From the human T2T-CHM13v2.0 reference genome, Homo sapiens, in NCBI RefSeq assembly GCF_009914755.1, contig NC_060944.1: DNA of 64,000 nt; one strand, 5' to 3'. The translations under genes were made by a program, and so were the position numbers. The notes under the pieces were generated by a model. It searched no databases and had not been told where the DNA came from. It saw only the letters and a list, made by a program, of their open reading frames with translations. Shown here in pieces: positions 12,078 to 24,300 of the stretch (position 1 is its first letter; every line of letters starts with the position of its first letter).

Positions 12078-15000
12078 AGTTTTGAAACACTCCTTTTGTA
12101 GAATCTGCTAGTGGACATTTGGAGCTCTTTGAGACATTCGATGGGATCAAGAATATCTTCACATAGAAACTATGCAGAAGCATTCTCAGAAACTTCATTG
12201 TGATGTGTGCATTCAACTCACAGAGTCGAACCTTTCTTTCGATAGAGCAGTTTCAAAACAGTCCTTTTGTCGAATATGCAAGTGTTCATTTGGCGCGCTT
12301 TGAGGCCTATAGTGGAAAAGGAATTATCTTTACATAAAAACAAGACTGAAGGTTTCTCAGAAACTTCTTTGTGATGTGTGCATTCAACTCACAGAGTTGA
12401 ACCTTCCTTTTGAGACAGCAGTTTTGAAACAGTCTTTTTGTTGGATCTGCAAGTGGGTATTTGGTGCGATTTGAGGCCTATGGTGGAAAAAGAAATATCT
12501 TTACATAAAAACTAGACAGAAACATTCTCACGAACTTCTTTGTGATGTGTGCATTCAGCTAACAGAGGAACTTTTCTTTTGATAGAGCACTTTTGAAACA
12601 CTCCTTTTGTAGAATCTGATAGTGGATATTTGGAGATTTTTGAGGCCTACGTTGGAAACGGCAGTATCTTACCAGAGAAAGTAGACAGAAGCATTCTCAG
12701 AAAGTTCTTTGTGATGTGTGCATTCAGCTCACGGAGTTTAACCTTTCTTTGGCTAGAGCAGTTTCGAAACACTCTTTTTGTAGAATCTGCAATTGTTTAT
12801 TTGGAGCGCTTTGAGTCCTATGGTGGAAAAGAAAATATCTTCCCATTAAAAACTAGACGGAAGGATTTTGAGAAACTTCTTTGTGATGTTTGCATTCAAC
12901 TCACAGAGTTGAACATGTCCTTTGATAGAGCAGTTTTGAATCAGTCTTTTTGTAGAATCTGCAAGGGGATATTTGGAGCGATTTGAGACCTAGGGTGGAA
13001 AAGGAAATATATTCACACAAAAACTAGAGAGAATAATTCTTAGAAACTTCTTTGTGATGTGTGCATTCAACTCACAGAGCTGAAACTTTCTTTTTATAGA
13101 GCAGTTTTGAAACACTCCTTTTGTAGAATCTGCTAGTGGATATTTGGAGCTCTTTGAGGCCTTCGTTGGAAATGGGAATATCATCACATAAAAACTAGAC
13201 AGAAGCGTTCTCAGAAACTGCTTTGTGATGTGTGCATTCAACTCACAGAGGTGAAACTTTCTGTTGATAGAGCAGTTTTGAACCACTCTTTTTGAAGTAT
13301 CCGCAAGTGGACATTTGTAGCTCTTTGAGGCCCATGGTGAAAAAGGAAATATCTTCACATAAAAACTACACAGAAGCATTCTCAGAAACTTTTTTGTGAT
13401 GTGTGTATTCAACTCTTTCTTTTGATAGAGCAGTTTTGAAACACTCTTTTTGTAGAATCTGCAACTGGACATTTGGGGCCCTTTGAAGCCTGTGGTGAAA
13501 AAGGGAATATCTTCACATAAAAACTACACAGAAACATTCTCATAAACTTCTTTGAGTTGTTTGCTTTCAACTCAAAGAGTTGAACATTCCTTTTCATAGA
13601 GCAGTTTTGAAACACTCCTTATGTAGATTTCGCAAGTGGATATTTGGACTGCTTTGAGGCCTTCGTTGGAAACGGGATATCTTCACAAAAACTAGACAGA
13701 AACATTCCCAGAAAATGCGTTGCGATGTGTGCATTCATCTCAAAGAGCTGAACCTTTCTTTTGATAGAGCAGTTATGAAACAATCTTTTTGTAGCATCTG
13801 CAAGTGGTCATTTGGAGGACTTTGAAGCCTGTGATGAAAATGGAAATATCTTCACAAAACAACTACACAGAAGCATTCTCAGAAACTTCTTTGTCATGTG
13901 TGCATTCAACTCACAGAATTGAACCATTCTTTTGATAGAGCAGTTTTGAGACACTCTTTTTGTACAATCTGGAAGTGGACATTTGGAGGGCTTTGAGGCC
14001 TATGGTGAAAAAGAAAATATCTTAACATAAAAACTAGACAGAAGCATTCTCAGAAATTTATTTGTGTTATTTGCTTTCAACTCACACAGTTGAACCTTTC
14101 TTTTGATAGAGCAGTTTTGAAACACTCTTTTTGTAGAATTTGCAGGTGGATATTTGGACCTCTTTGATGCCTTCGTTGGAAATGGGATATCGTCACAAAA
14201 ACTAGACAGGAGCATTCTCAGAAACTATTTTGTGATGTGTGCATTCAACTCACAGTGTTGAAGCTTTCTTTTGATAGAGCAGTTTTGAAACACACTTTTT
14301 GTAGAATCTGCAAGTGGACATTTGGAGCGCTTTGAAGCCTGTGGTGAAAAAGGAAATATCTTCACATAAAAACTACACAGAAGCATTCTCAGAAACTTCT
14401 TGGTGATGTTTGCTTTCAACACACAGAGTTTAACATAGCTTTTCATGAGCAGTTTTGAAACACTCTTTTTGTGGAATCTGCAAGTGGATATTTGGACTGC
14501 TTTGGGGCCTTCTTTGGAAAGGGGATATGTTCACAAAAACTAGACAGAAGCATTCACAGAAACTTCTTTGTGATGGATGCATTCAACTCACAGAGTTGAA
14601 CCGTTCTTTTGATAGAGCAGTTTAGAAACACTCTTTTTGTAGAAACTGTGAGTGGACATTTGGAGTTCTTTGAGGCCTATGGTGAAAAGGTTAAAAACTA
14701 GACAGAAGCACTCTCAGAAACTTCTTTCTGATGTGTGCATTTAACTCCCAGAGTTGGACCTTTCTTTAGATAGAGCAGTTTTGAAACACTCCGTTTGTAG
14801 AGTATGCAAGGGGACATTTGGAGTGCTAAGAGGCCTACGGTGAAAAAGGAAATATCTTCACCTAAAAACTACACAGAAGCATTCACAGAAACTTCTTTGT
14901 GTTGTTTGCTTTCAATTCACAGAGTTGAACACTCCTTTTCATAGAGCAGTTTTGAAACACTCTTTTTGTAGAATTTGCAAGTGGATATTTGGACCGCTTT

Positions 15001-18000
15001 GAGGCCTTCATTGGAAAAGGGACATCGTCATAAAAACTAGACAGAAACATTCTCAGAAACTACTTTCTGATGTGTGCATTCAACTCACAGAGTTGAACCT
15101 TTCTTTTGATAGAGCAGTTTTGAAACAGTGTTTTTCTAGAATCTGCAAGTGGACATTTGGAGTGCTTTGAGGCCTATGGTGAAAAAGGAAACATCTTCAA
15201 ATAAAAACTAGACAGAAGGATTCTCAGAAACTTCTTTTTGATGTGTGCATTCAACTCACAGAGTTGAACACTTCTTTTGATAAAGCAGTTTTTAAAAAAC
15301 CTTTTTGTAGAATCTGCAACTGGACATTTGGATGGCTTTGAGGCTTATCGTGAAAAAGGAAATATCTTCACATAAAAATTACACAGAAGCATTCTCAGAA
15401 ACCTATTCGTGTTGTTTGCTTTCAACTCACTGATTTGAACATTCCATTTCATAGAGCATTTTTGAAACCCGCTTTTTGTAGAATTTGGAAGTGGATATTT
15501 GGACTGCTTTGAGGCCTTCCTTGGAAAAGGGATATATTCACAAAAACCAGACAGAAGCATTCTCAGAAACTTCTTTGTCATGTGTGCATTCAACTCACAG
15601 AGTTGAACCTTTCTTTTGATAGAGCAGTTTTGAAACACTCTTTTTATAGAATCTGCAAGTGGACATTTGGAGTGCTTTGAGGCCTACGGTGAAACAGGAA
15701 ATTTCTTCACATAAAAACTAGACAGAAGCATTCTCAGAAACTTCTTTGAGATGTGTGCATTCAACTTACAGAGTTGAAACTTTCTTTTGTCAGAGCAGTT
15801 TCGAAACACTCTTTTTGTAGAATCTGCAAGTGGACATTTGGAAAGCTTTGAGGCCTATGGTAGAAAAGGAAATATCTTCACATAAAATCCAGACAGAAGC
15901 ATTCTCAGAAACTTCTTTGCGATGTTTGTATCCAACTCACAGAATTTAACATATCTTTCCATAGATCAGTTTTGAAACACTCTTTTCTTAGAATGTGCAA
16001 GTGGATATTTGGATTGCTTTGAGGCTTTCTTTGGAAACGGGAATATCTACACATAAAAACTAGACAGAAATATTCTCAGAAACTCCCCGTGATGTGTGCA
16101 TTCAACTCACAGAGTTGAACCTTTCTTTTGATGAGCAGTTTTGATACACACTTTTTGTAGAATCTGCAAGTGGACATTTGGAGAGCTTTGAGGCATATGG
16201 TGGAAAAGCAAATATCTTCACATAAAAACTAGACAGAAACATTCTCAGAAACTTCTTTGTGTTGTTTGCATTCAACTCACAGAGTTGAAGATACCTTTTC
16301 ATAGAGCAGATTTGAAACACTGTTTTCATAGAATCTGCCAGTGGATATTTGGACTGCTTTGAGGCCTTCGTTGTAAACGGGAATATGTTCACATAAAAAC
16401 TAGACAGAAGAATTCTCAGAAACTTCTTTCTGATGCCTGCATTCAATTCACAGAGTTGAACCTTTCTTTTGATGGAGCAGTATTGAAACACTCATTTTGC
16501 AGAATCTGCAAGTGGTCATTTGGAGACCTTTGAGGTCCGTGGTGGAAGTAAATATCTTCACATAAAAATTAGACAGAAGCATTCTCAGGAACTTCTTTCT
16601 GATGCTTTCATTCAACTCACAGAGTTCAACATACCTTTTCATTGAGCAGTTTTGAAACACTCTTTTCGTAGAATCTGCAAGTGGACATTTGGACTGCTTT
16701 GAGGCCATCGTTGGAAACGGGAATATCTTCACATAAAAACTAGACAGAAGCATTCTCAGAAACCACTTTGTGATGGGTGCATTCAACTCACAGAGTTGAA
16801 TCTTTCTTTTGATTGAGCGGTTTTGAAACACTCATTTTGTAGGATCTGCAAGTGGACATTTGCAGAGCTTTGAGGCCTATGTTGGAAAGGAAATATCTTC
16901 ACATAATAACCAGACAGAAGCATTCTCAGAAACTTCTTTTTGATGTGTGCCTTCAACTAACAGAGTTGAACATACCTTTTCATAGAGCAGTTTCGAAACA
17001 CTCTTATCCTTGTATCTGCAAGTGCATATTTGAACTGCTTTGAGGCCTTCGTTGGAAACGGGAATATCTTCATATAAAAACTAGACAGAAGCATTCTCAG
17101 AAACTTCTTTGTGATGTGTGCATTCAACTCACAGATTTGAACCTTTCTTTTGATACAGCTGTTTTGAAACACTCTTTTTGTAGAATGCACAAGTGGACAT
17201 TTGGAGAGCTTTGAGGCCTACAGTGGAAAAAGAAATATTTTAACGTAAAAACCAGACAGAAGCATTCTCAGAAATGTCTTTGTGATGTTTGCATTCAACT
17301 CACAGAGTTGAACATACTTTTTCATAGAACAGTTTTGAGACACTCTTTTCGTAGAATCTGCAAGTGGACATTTGGACTGCTTTGAGGCCTTCGTTGGAAA
17401 TGGGAATATCTTCACATAAAAACTAGACAGAAGTATTCTGAGAAACTACTTTGTGATGTGTGCATTCAACTCACAGAGTTGAACCTTTCTTTTTATAGAG
17501 CAGCTTTGAAACACTCTTTCTGTAGAATCTGCAAGTGGACATTTGAGGGCTTTATGGCCCATGGTGGAAAAAGATATATCTTCACATACAAACTAGACAG
17601 AAGCATTCTCCTATACTTCTTTGTGATGTTTGCATTCAACTAACTGTGTTGAACATACTTTTTCAAAGAACAGTTTTCAAACACCTTTCGTGGAATCTGC
17701 ACGTGGATATTTGGACTGCTTTGAGGCCTTCGTTGGAAACGGGAATATCTTCACATAAAAACCAGACAGAAGCATTCTCAGAATCTTCTCTTTGATGTTT
17801 GCATTCAACTCACAGAGTTGAACCTTTCTTTTGATACAGCTGTTTTGAAACATTCTTTTTGTAGAATGTGCATGTGGACATTTGGAGAGCTTTGAGGCCT
17901 ACGGTGGAAAAGGAAATATTTTAACTTAAAAACCAGACAGAAGAATTCTCAGAAATTGCTTTCTGGTGTTTGCATTCAACTCACAGAGTTGAACATACTT

Positions 18001-18221
18001 TTTCATAGAACAGTTTTGAGACACTCTTTTCGTAGAATCTGCAAGTGGACATTTGGACTTCTTTGAAGCCTTCGTTGGAAATGGGAATATCCTCCCATAA
18101 AAACTAGACAGAATAATTCTGAGAAACAGCTTTGTGATGCGTGCATTCGACTCACAGAGTTGAACCTTTCTTTTAATAGAGCAGTTTTGAAACACTCTTT
18201 TTGTAGAATCTGCAAGTGGAC
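12078..18221 (+). repeat. Monomeric alpha satellite, mixed A/B monomers (SF5/R1R2-like), forward orientation
   Basis: About 171 bp period of cattctcagaaacttctttgtgatgtgtgcattcaactcacagag; CENP-B boxes CTTCGTTGGAAACGGGA at 13661, 17047 and 17728. Confidence 0.97.
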
Positions 18222-18225
18222 TCTT

Positions 18226-18352
18226 GAGATTACATAATGCTAGATGATGAGTTAGTGGGTGCAGCGCACCAGCATGGCACATGTATACATATGTAACTAA
18301 CCTGCACAATGTGCACATGTACCCTAAAACTTAAAGTATAATAAAAAAAAAA
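18226..18352 (+). mobile_element. L1PA2-like extreme 3' stub (about 125 bp) with poly-A
   Basis: taatgctagatgatgagttagtgggtgcagcgcaccagcatggcac..ctaacctgcacaatgtgcac..cttaaagtataat(A)n. Confidence 0.9.
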
Positions 18353-21300
18353 GAAAGGTTCAACTCTGTGAGTTGAATGCACACGTCAAAAAGAAGTTCC
18401 TGAGAATACTTCTGTCTAGCTTTTATGTGAAGGTATTCCCATTTCCAACGAACGCCTCAAGACAGTCCAAATTCCACCTGCAGATTCTACGAAAAGAGTG
18501 TTTCAAAACTACCCTATGAAAAGGTATGTTCATCTCTGTGAGTTGAATGCAATCATTCAAAGAAGTTTCTGAGAATGCTGCACTCTGGTTTTTAAGTGAA
18601 GATATTTCCTTTTCCATCATAGGCCTCAAAATTTGAAAACGTCCACTTGCAGAGTCTACAAAAACAGTGTTTCAAAACTACTCTATCAAAAGAAAGGTTC
18701 AACTCTGTGAGTTGAATGCACACATCACAAAGAAGTTTCTGAGAATGCTTCTGTCTAGGTTTTATGTGAAGATATTCCCATTTCCAACGAAGGCCTCAAA
18801 GCAGTCCAAATATCCACTTGCAGATTCTACTTAAAGAGTGTTTCAATCCCGCTCAATGAAAAGGTATATTCAACTCTATGAGTTGAATGCACACATCACA
18901 AAGAAGTTTCTGAGATTTCTTCTGTCTAGTTTTTTTTTTTTTTTTGAAGATATTCCCATTTCCGACAAAGGTCTCAAAGCAGTCCAAATATCCACTTGCA
19001 GATTCTACGAAAAGAGTGTTTCAAAACTTCTCTATGAAAATGTATTTTCAAGTCTGTGAGTTGAATGCACACATCACAAAGAAGTTTCTGAGAATGCTTC
19101 TGTCTAGTTCTTATGTGAGTATATTTCCTTTTCCACCATAGGCCTCAAAGCTCTCCGAATGTCCACTTGCAGATTCCACAAAGAGAGTGTTTCAAAAATG
19201 CTCTATCAAAAGAAAGGTTCAACTCTGTGAGTTGAATGCACATATCACAAAGAAGTTTCTGAGAATGCTTCTGTCTAGTTTTTATGTGAAGATATTCCCA
19301 TTTCCCTCGAAGGACTCAAAGCAGTCCAAATATCCACCTGCAGATTCTACGAAAATAGTGCTTCATAACTGCTCTATGAGCAGATATGTTCAAATCTATG
19401 TGTTGAAGGCAAACATCACAAAGAAGTTTCTGAGAAGGCTTCTGTCTATTTTTTATGTGAAGATATTTCCTTCCCTACCGTTGGCTTCAAAGCTCTCCAA
19501 ATGTCCACTTGCAGATCCTACAAAAAGCGTGTTTCAAAACTGCTCTATCAAAAGAAATGTTCAACTCTGAGAGTTATATGCAAACATCAAAAGGCGTTTC
19601 TGAGAATGCTTCTGTCTAGTTTTTATGTGAAAGTTTTCCCGTTGTCAACGAAGGACTCAAAGCAGTCCAAATATCCAGTGGCAGATTCTACGAAAATACT
19701 GTTTCAAAACTGCTCTATGAGAAGGTATGTTCAACTCTGTGAGTTGAACGCAAACATCACAAAGAAGTTTCTGAGAATGCTTCCATCTGGTTTTTATGTG
19801 AAGATATTTCCTTTTCCACCATAGGCCTCAAAGTTTTCCAAATGTCCACTTTGCAGATTCTACCAAAAGTGTGTTTCAAAACTGCTCTATCAAAAGAAAG
19901 TTTGAACTCTGTGAGTTGACTGCAAACGTCACGAAGAAGTTTCTGAGAGTGCTTCTGTCTAGTTTTTATGTGAACTTTTTCCAATTTCCAACGACGGCCT
20001 CAAAGCAGTCCAAATATACACATGCAGATTCTTCAAAAAGAGTGTTTCAAAACTGCTCTATTAAAAGGTATGTTCGACTCTGTGAGTTAAGTGCAAACAT
20101 CACAAAGAAGTTTCTGAGACTGCTTCTGTCTAGTTTTTATGTGAAGATATATCATTTTCCACCATAGGACTCAAAGCTTTCCAAATGTCCACTTGCGGAT
20201 TCTACAAAAAGAGAGTTTCAAAACAGCTCTATCAAAAGAAAGGTTGAAATCTGTGAGTTGAATGCACACATCACAAAGAAGTTGCCGAGAATGCTTCTGT
20301 CTATGGTTAATGTGAAGATATTCCCGTTTCCAAAGAAGGCCTCAAAACAGTCTAAATATCCACTTGCAGATTTTATGAAAAGAGTTTTTCAAAACTGCTT
20401 TAAGAAAAGGTTTGTGCACCTCTGTGAGTTGAATGCACACATCACAAAAAAGTTTCTGAGAATGCTTCTGTCTAGTTTCTATTTGAAGACATTCCCGTTT
20501 GAAGCGAAGGCCACAAAGCAGTCCAAATATCGACTTGCAGATTCTACGAAAACAGTGTTTCAAAACTGCTCTATGAAAAGGTTATGTTCAACTGTGTGAG
20601 TTGAAAGCACACATCACAAAAATGTTTCTGAGAATGCTTCTATCTTGTTTTTATGTGAAGATATTAACTTTTCCAACAAAGGCCCCAAAGCAGTCCAAAT
20701 ATCCACTTACACATTCTACAAAAAGAGTGTTTCAAAACTGCTCTATGAAAAGGTATGTTCAACTCTGTGAGTTGAATGGACACGTCACAAAGAAGTTTCT
20801 GAGAATGCTTCTGTCTTGTTTTTTTTGTGAAGATATTCTCGTTTCCGACGAATACCTCAAAGCAGTCCAAATATCCACTTGCAGATTCTACGAAAAGAGT
20901 GTTTAAAAACTTCTCTATGAAAAGGTATGTTCAACCCTGTGTTGAACGTAAACATCACAAAGAAGTTTCTGAAAATGCTTCTGTCTAGTTCTTATGTGAA
21001 GATATTTCCTTTTCAGCCATAGGCCTCAAAGCTCTCCAAATGTCCACTTGCAGATTCCACAAAAAGAGTGTTTCAAAACTGTTATATTAAAAGAAAGGTT
21101 CGACTTTGTGAGTTGAGTGCACACATTACAAAGAAGTTTCTGAGAATGCTTCTCTAGTTTTAATGTGAAGATATTCCCGTTTCCAATGAAGACCTCAAAG
21201 GAGTCCAAATATCCACTTGCAGATTCTACAAAAAGAGTGTTTCAAAACTTCTTTATGAAAAGGTATGTTCAACTCCGTGTGTTGAATGCACACATCACAA

Positions 21301-24300
21301 AGAAGTTTCTGAGAATGCTTCTCTCTAGTTTTTATGTGAAGATATTCCCGTTTCCAACGAATGCCTCAAAGCAGTCCAAACATCCACATGCAGATTCTAC
21401 GAAAAGAGTGTTTGAAAACTGCTCTATGAACAGGTATGTTCAACTCTGTGAGTTGAATTCAAACATCAAAAGAAGTTTCTGAGAATGCTTCTGACTAGTA
21501 TTTCTGTGAAGATATTTGCTTTTCTACCATAGGCCTCAAAACTCTTCAAATGTCCACTTGCAGATACTACAAAAAGAGTGTTTCAAAACTGCTTTATCAG
21601 AAGAAAAATTCAACTCCGTGAGTTGAATGCAGATATCACAAGGAAGTATCTGCAAATGCTTCTCTCTAGTTTTTATGTGAAGACATTTCCTTTTCTACCA
21701 TAGTTCTCAAAGCTCCCCAAATGTCCACTTGCAGATTCTACGAAGAGTGTTTCAAAACTGCTTTATGAAAGATATATTCAACTTTGTGAGTTGAATGCAA
21801 ACATCACTACAAAGTTTCTGAGAATTATTCTGTCTGTTTTTTATGCGTAGATATTTCCTTTTCCACCATTGTCCTCAAAGTTCTCCAAATATCCACCTGC
21901 AGATTCTACAAAAAGAGTATTTCAAAACTGCTCTATCAAAAGAAAGTTTCAACTCTGTGAGTTGAATGCACACATCACAAAGAAATTTCTGAGCATACTG
22001 TTGTCTAGCTTTTATGTGAAGATATTCCCATTTCCAATGAAGGCCTCAAAACAGTCCAAATATCCACTTGCAGATTTTGCGAAAAGAGTGTGTCAAAACC
22101 GCTCTATGAAAAGGCATGTTCAACTCTGTGAGTTGAATGCAAACATCAAAAAGAAGTTTCTGAGAATGCTTCGGTCTGGTTTTTATGTGAAGATATTTCC
22201 TTTTCCACCACAGGCCTCAAAGCTATCCAAATGTCCCCTTGCAGATCCTACAAAAAGAGTGTTTCAAAACTGCTCTATCAATTGGAAGGGTCAACTCTGT
22301 GAGTTGACTGCACATATCACAAAGAAGTTTTTGAGAATGCTTCTGTCTAGTTTTTATGTGAAGATATTCCCGTTTCCAAGGAAGGCCTCAAAGCAGTCCT
22401 AATATCCACTTGCAGATTCTACGAAAAGAGTGTTTCAAAACTTCTGTATGAAAAGGTATGTTCAACACTGTGAGTCGAATTCAGCCATCACAAAGTAGTT
22501 TCTGAGAATGCTTCTGTCTAGTTTTTATGTGAAGATATTTCCTTTCCACCATAGGCCTCAAAGCTCTCCAAATATCCACTTGCAGATTCTACAAAATGAG
22601 TGTTTCAAAACTGCTCTATTAAAAGGTATGTTCAACTCTGTGAGTTGAACGCAAACATCACAAAGAAGTTTCTGAGAATGCTTCTGTTTAGTTTTTATGT
22701 GATGATATTTCCTTTTCCACCATGGGCCTCAAAGCTATCTAAATGTGCCCTGGCAGATTCTACAAAAAGAGTGTTTCAAAACTGCTCTATCAAAAGAAAG
22801 ATTCAACTCTGTGACTTGAATGCACACATCACAAAGACTTTTCTGAGAATGCTTCGGTCTAGTTTTTATGTGAAGGTATTCCCGTTTACAACGTAGGCCT
22901 CAAAGGGGTCCAAATATCTACTTGCAGATTCTGCGAAAAGAGTGTTTCAAAACTGCTCTATGGAAAGGTATGTTCAACTTTGTGAGTTGAATGCAAACAT
23001 TACAAAGAAGTTTCTGAGAATCCTTCTGTCTAGTTTTTATGTGTAGATATTTCCTTTCCACCATTGGTCTCAAAGGTCTCCAAAAGTCCACCTGCAGATT
23101 CTAAAAAAATAGTGTTTCAAAACTGCTCTATCAAAAGGAATGTTCAAATCTGCTAGCTGAATGCACACATCTAGAAGAAGTTTCTCAGAATACTTCTGTC
23201 TAGTTTTTATTTGAAGATATTTCCGTTTCCATAGAAGGCCTCAAAGCAGTCAAATTATGCATTTCAAAATGGCTCTATGAAAACGTGTGTTAAACTCTGT
23301 GAGTTGAATGCACACATCACAAAGAAGTTTCTCAGAATGCTTCTGTCTAGTTTTTATGTGAAGATATTCCCTTTTCCGACGATGCCTCAAAGCAGTCCAA
23401 ATATCCACTTGCAGATTATACAAAAACAGTGTTTCCAAACTGCTCTAACATAAGAAAGGTTCAAATCTGTGAGTTGAATGCAAACAACAAAAAGAAGTTT
23501 CTGAGAATGCTTCTGTCTAGTTTTTATATGAGGATATTCCCGTTTCCAACGAATGCTTAAAAGCAGTAAAAATATCCATTTGCAGATTCTACGAAAAGAG
23601 TGTCTCAAAACTGCTCTAAGAAAAGGTATGCTCAACTCTGTGAGTTTAATGCAAACATCACAAAGTAGTTTCTGAGAATGCTTTTGTCTAGTAGTTATGT
23701 GAAGTTATTTCTTTTTCCACCAAAGGTCTCAAAGCTTTTCAAATGTCCTCTGGCAGATTCTACAAAAAGAGTGTTTCAAAACTGCTCTATCAGAAGAAAG
23801 GTTCAACATTGTGAGTCAAATGACACACATCACAAAGAAGTTTCTTAGAATGCTTCTGTCTAGTTTTAATGTGAAGATATTACCGTTTCCAACGAAGGCC
23901 TCATAGCAGTACAGATATCCACTTGTAGATTCAACAAAAAATTTTTTCAAATGTGCTCTATGAATATGCATTTTCAACTCTGTGTGTTTACGGCAAACAT
24001 CAAAAAGAAGTTTCTGAGAAAGCTTCTGTCTACTTTATATGTGAAGATATTTCCTTTTCCACCATAGGCCTCAAAGCTCTCCAAATGTCCACTGGCAGAT
24101 TCTACAAAAAGAGTGTTTCAAAACTGCTCTGTCAAAAGAAAGGTTCAACTCTGTGAGTTGAATGCACACATCACAAAGAGGTTTCTCAGAATGCTTCTGT
24201 CTAGTTTTTATGTGAATATATTCCCGTTTCCAACGAAAGCCTCAAAGCAGTCCAAATATTCACTTGCAGATTCTACGAAAAGAGTGTTTCAAAACTGCTC

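Larger units (their letters stand above)
8516..12078 (+). repeat. SST1 (NBL2/MER22)-like GC-rich macrosatellite, about 1.5 diverged units
   Basis: Direct repeats: 8516-9140 matches 10129-10760, and 9148-9640 matches 11584-12078. The anchor ctaggatcaagatgaacacactgcagccg recurs 2436 bp apart. Family name is from recalled consensus. Confidence 0.78.

Noticed and set aside
8516-12078. PRDM9 13-mer motifs in SST1
   Set aside because: Only near matches found by eye (e.g. ccaccgtggctgc at about 9070); needs a position-weight-matrix scan
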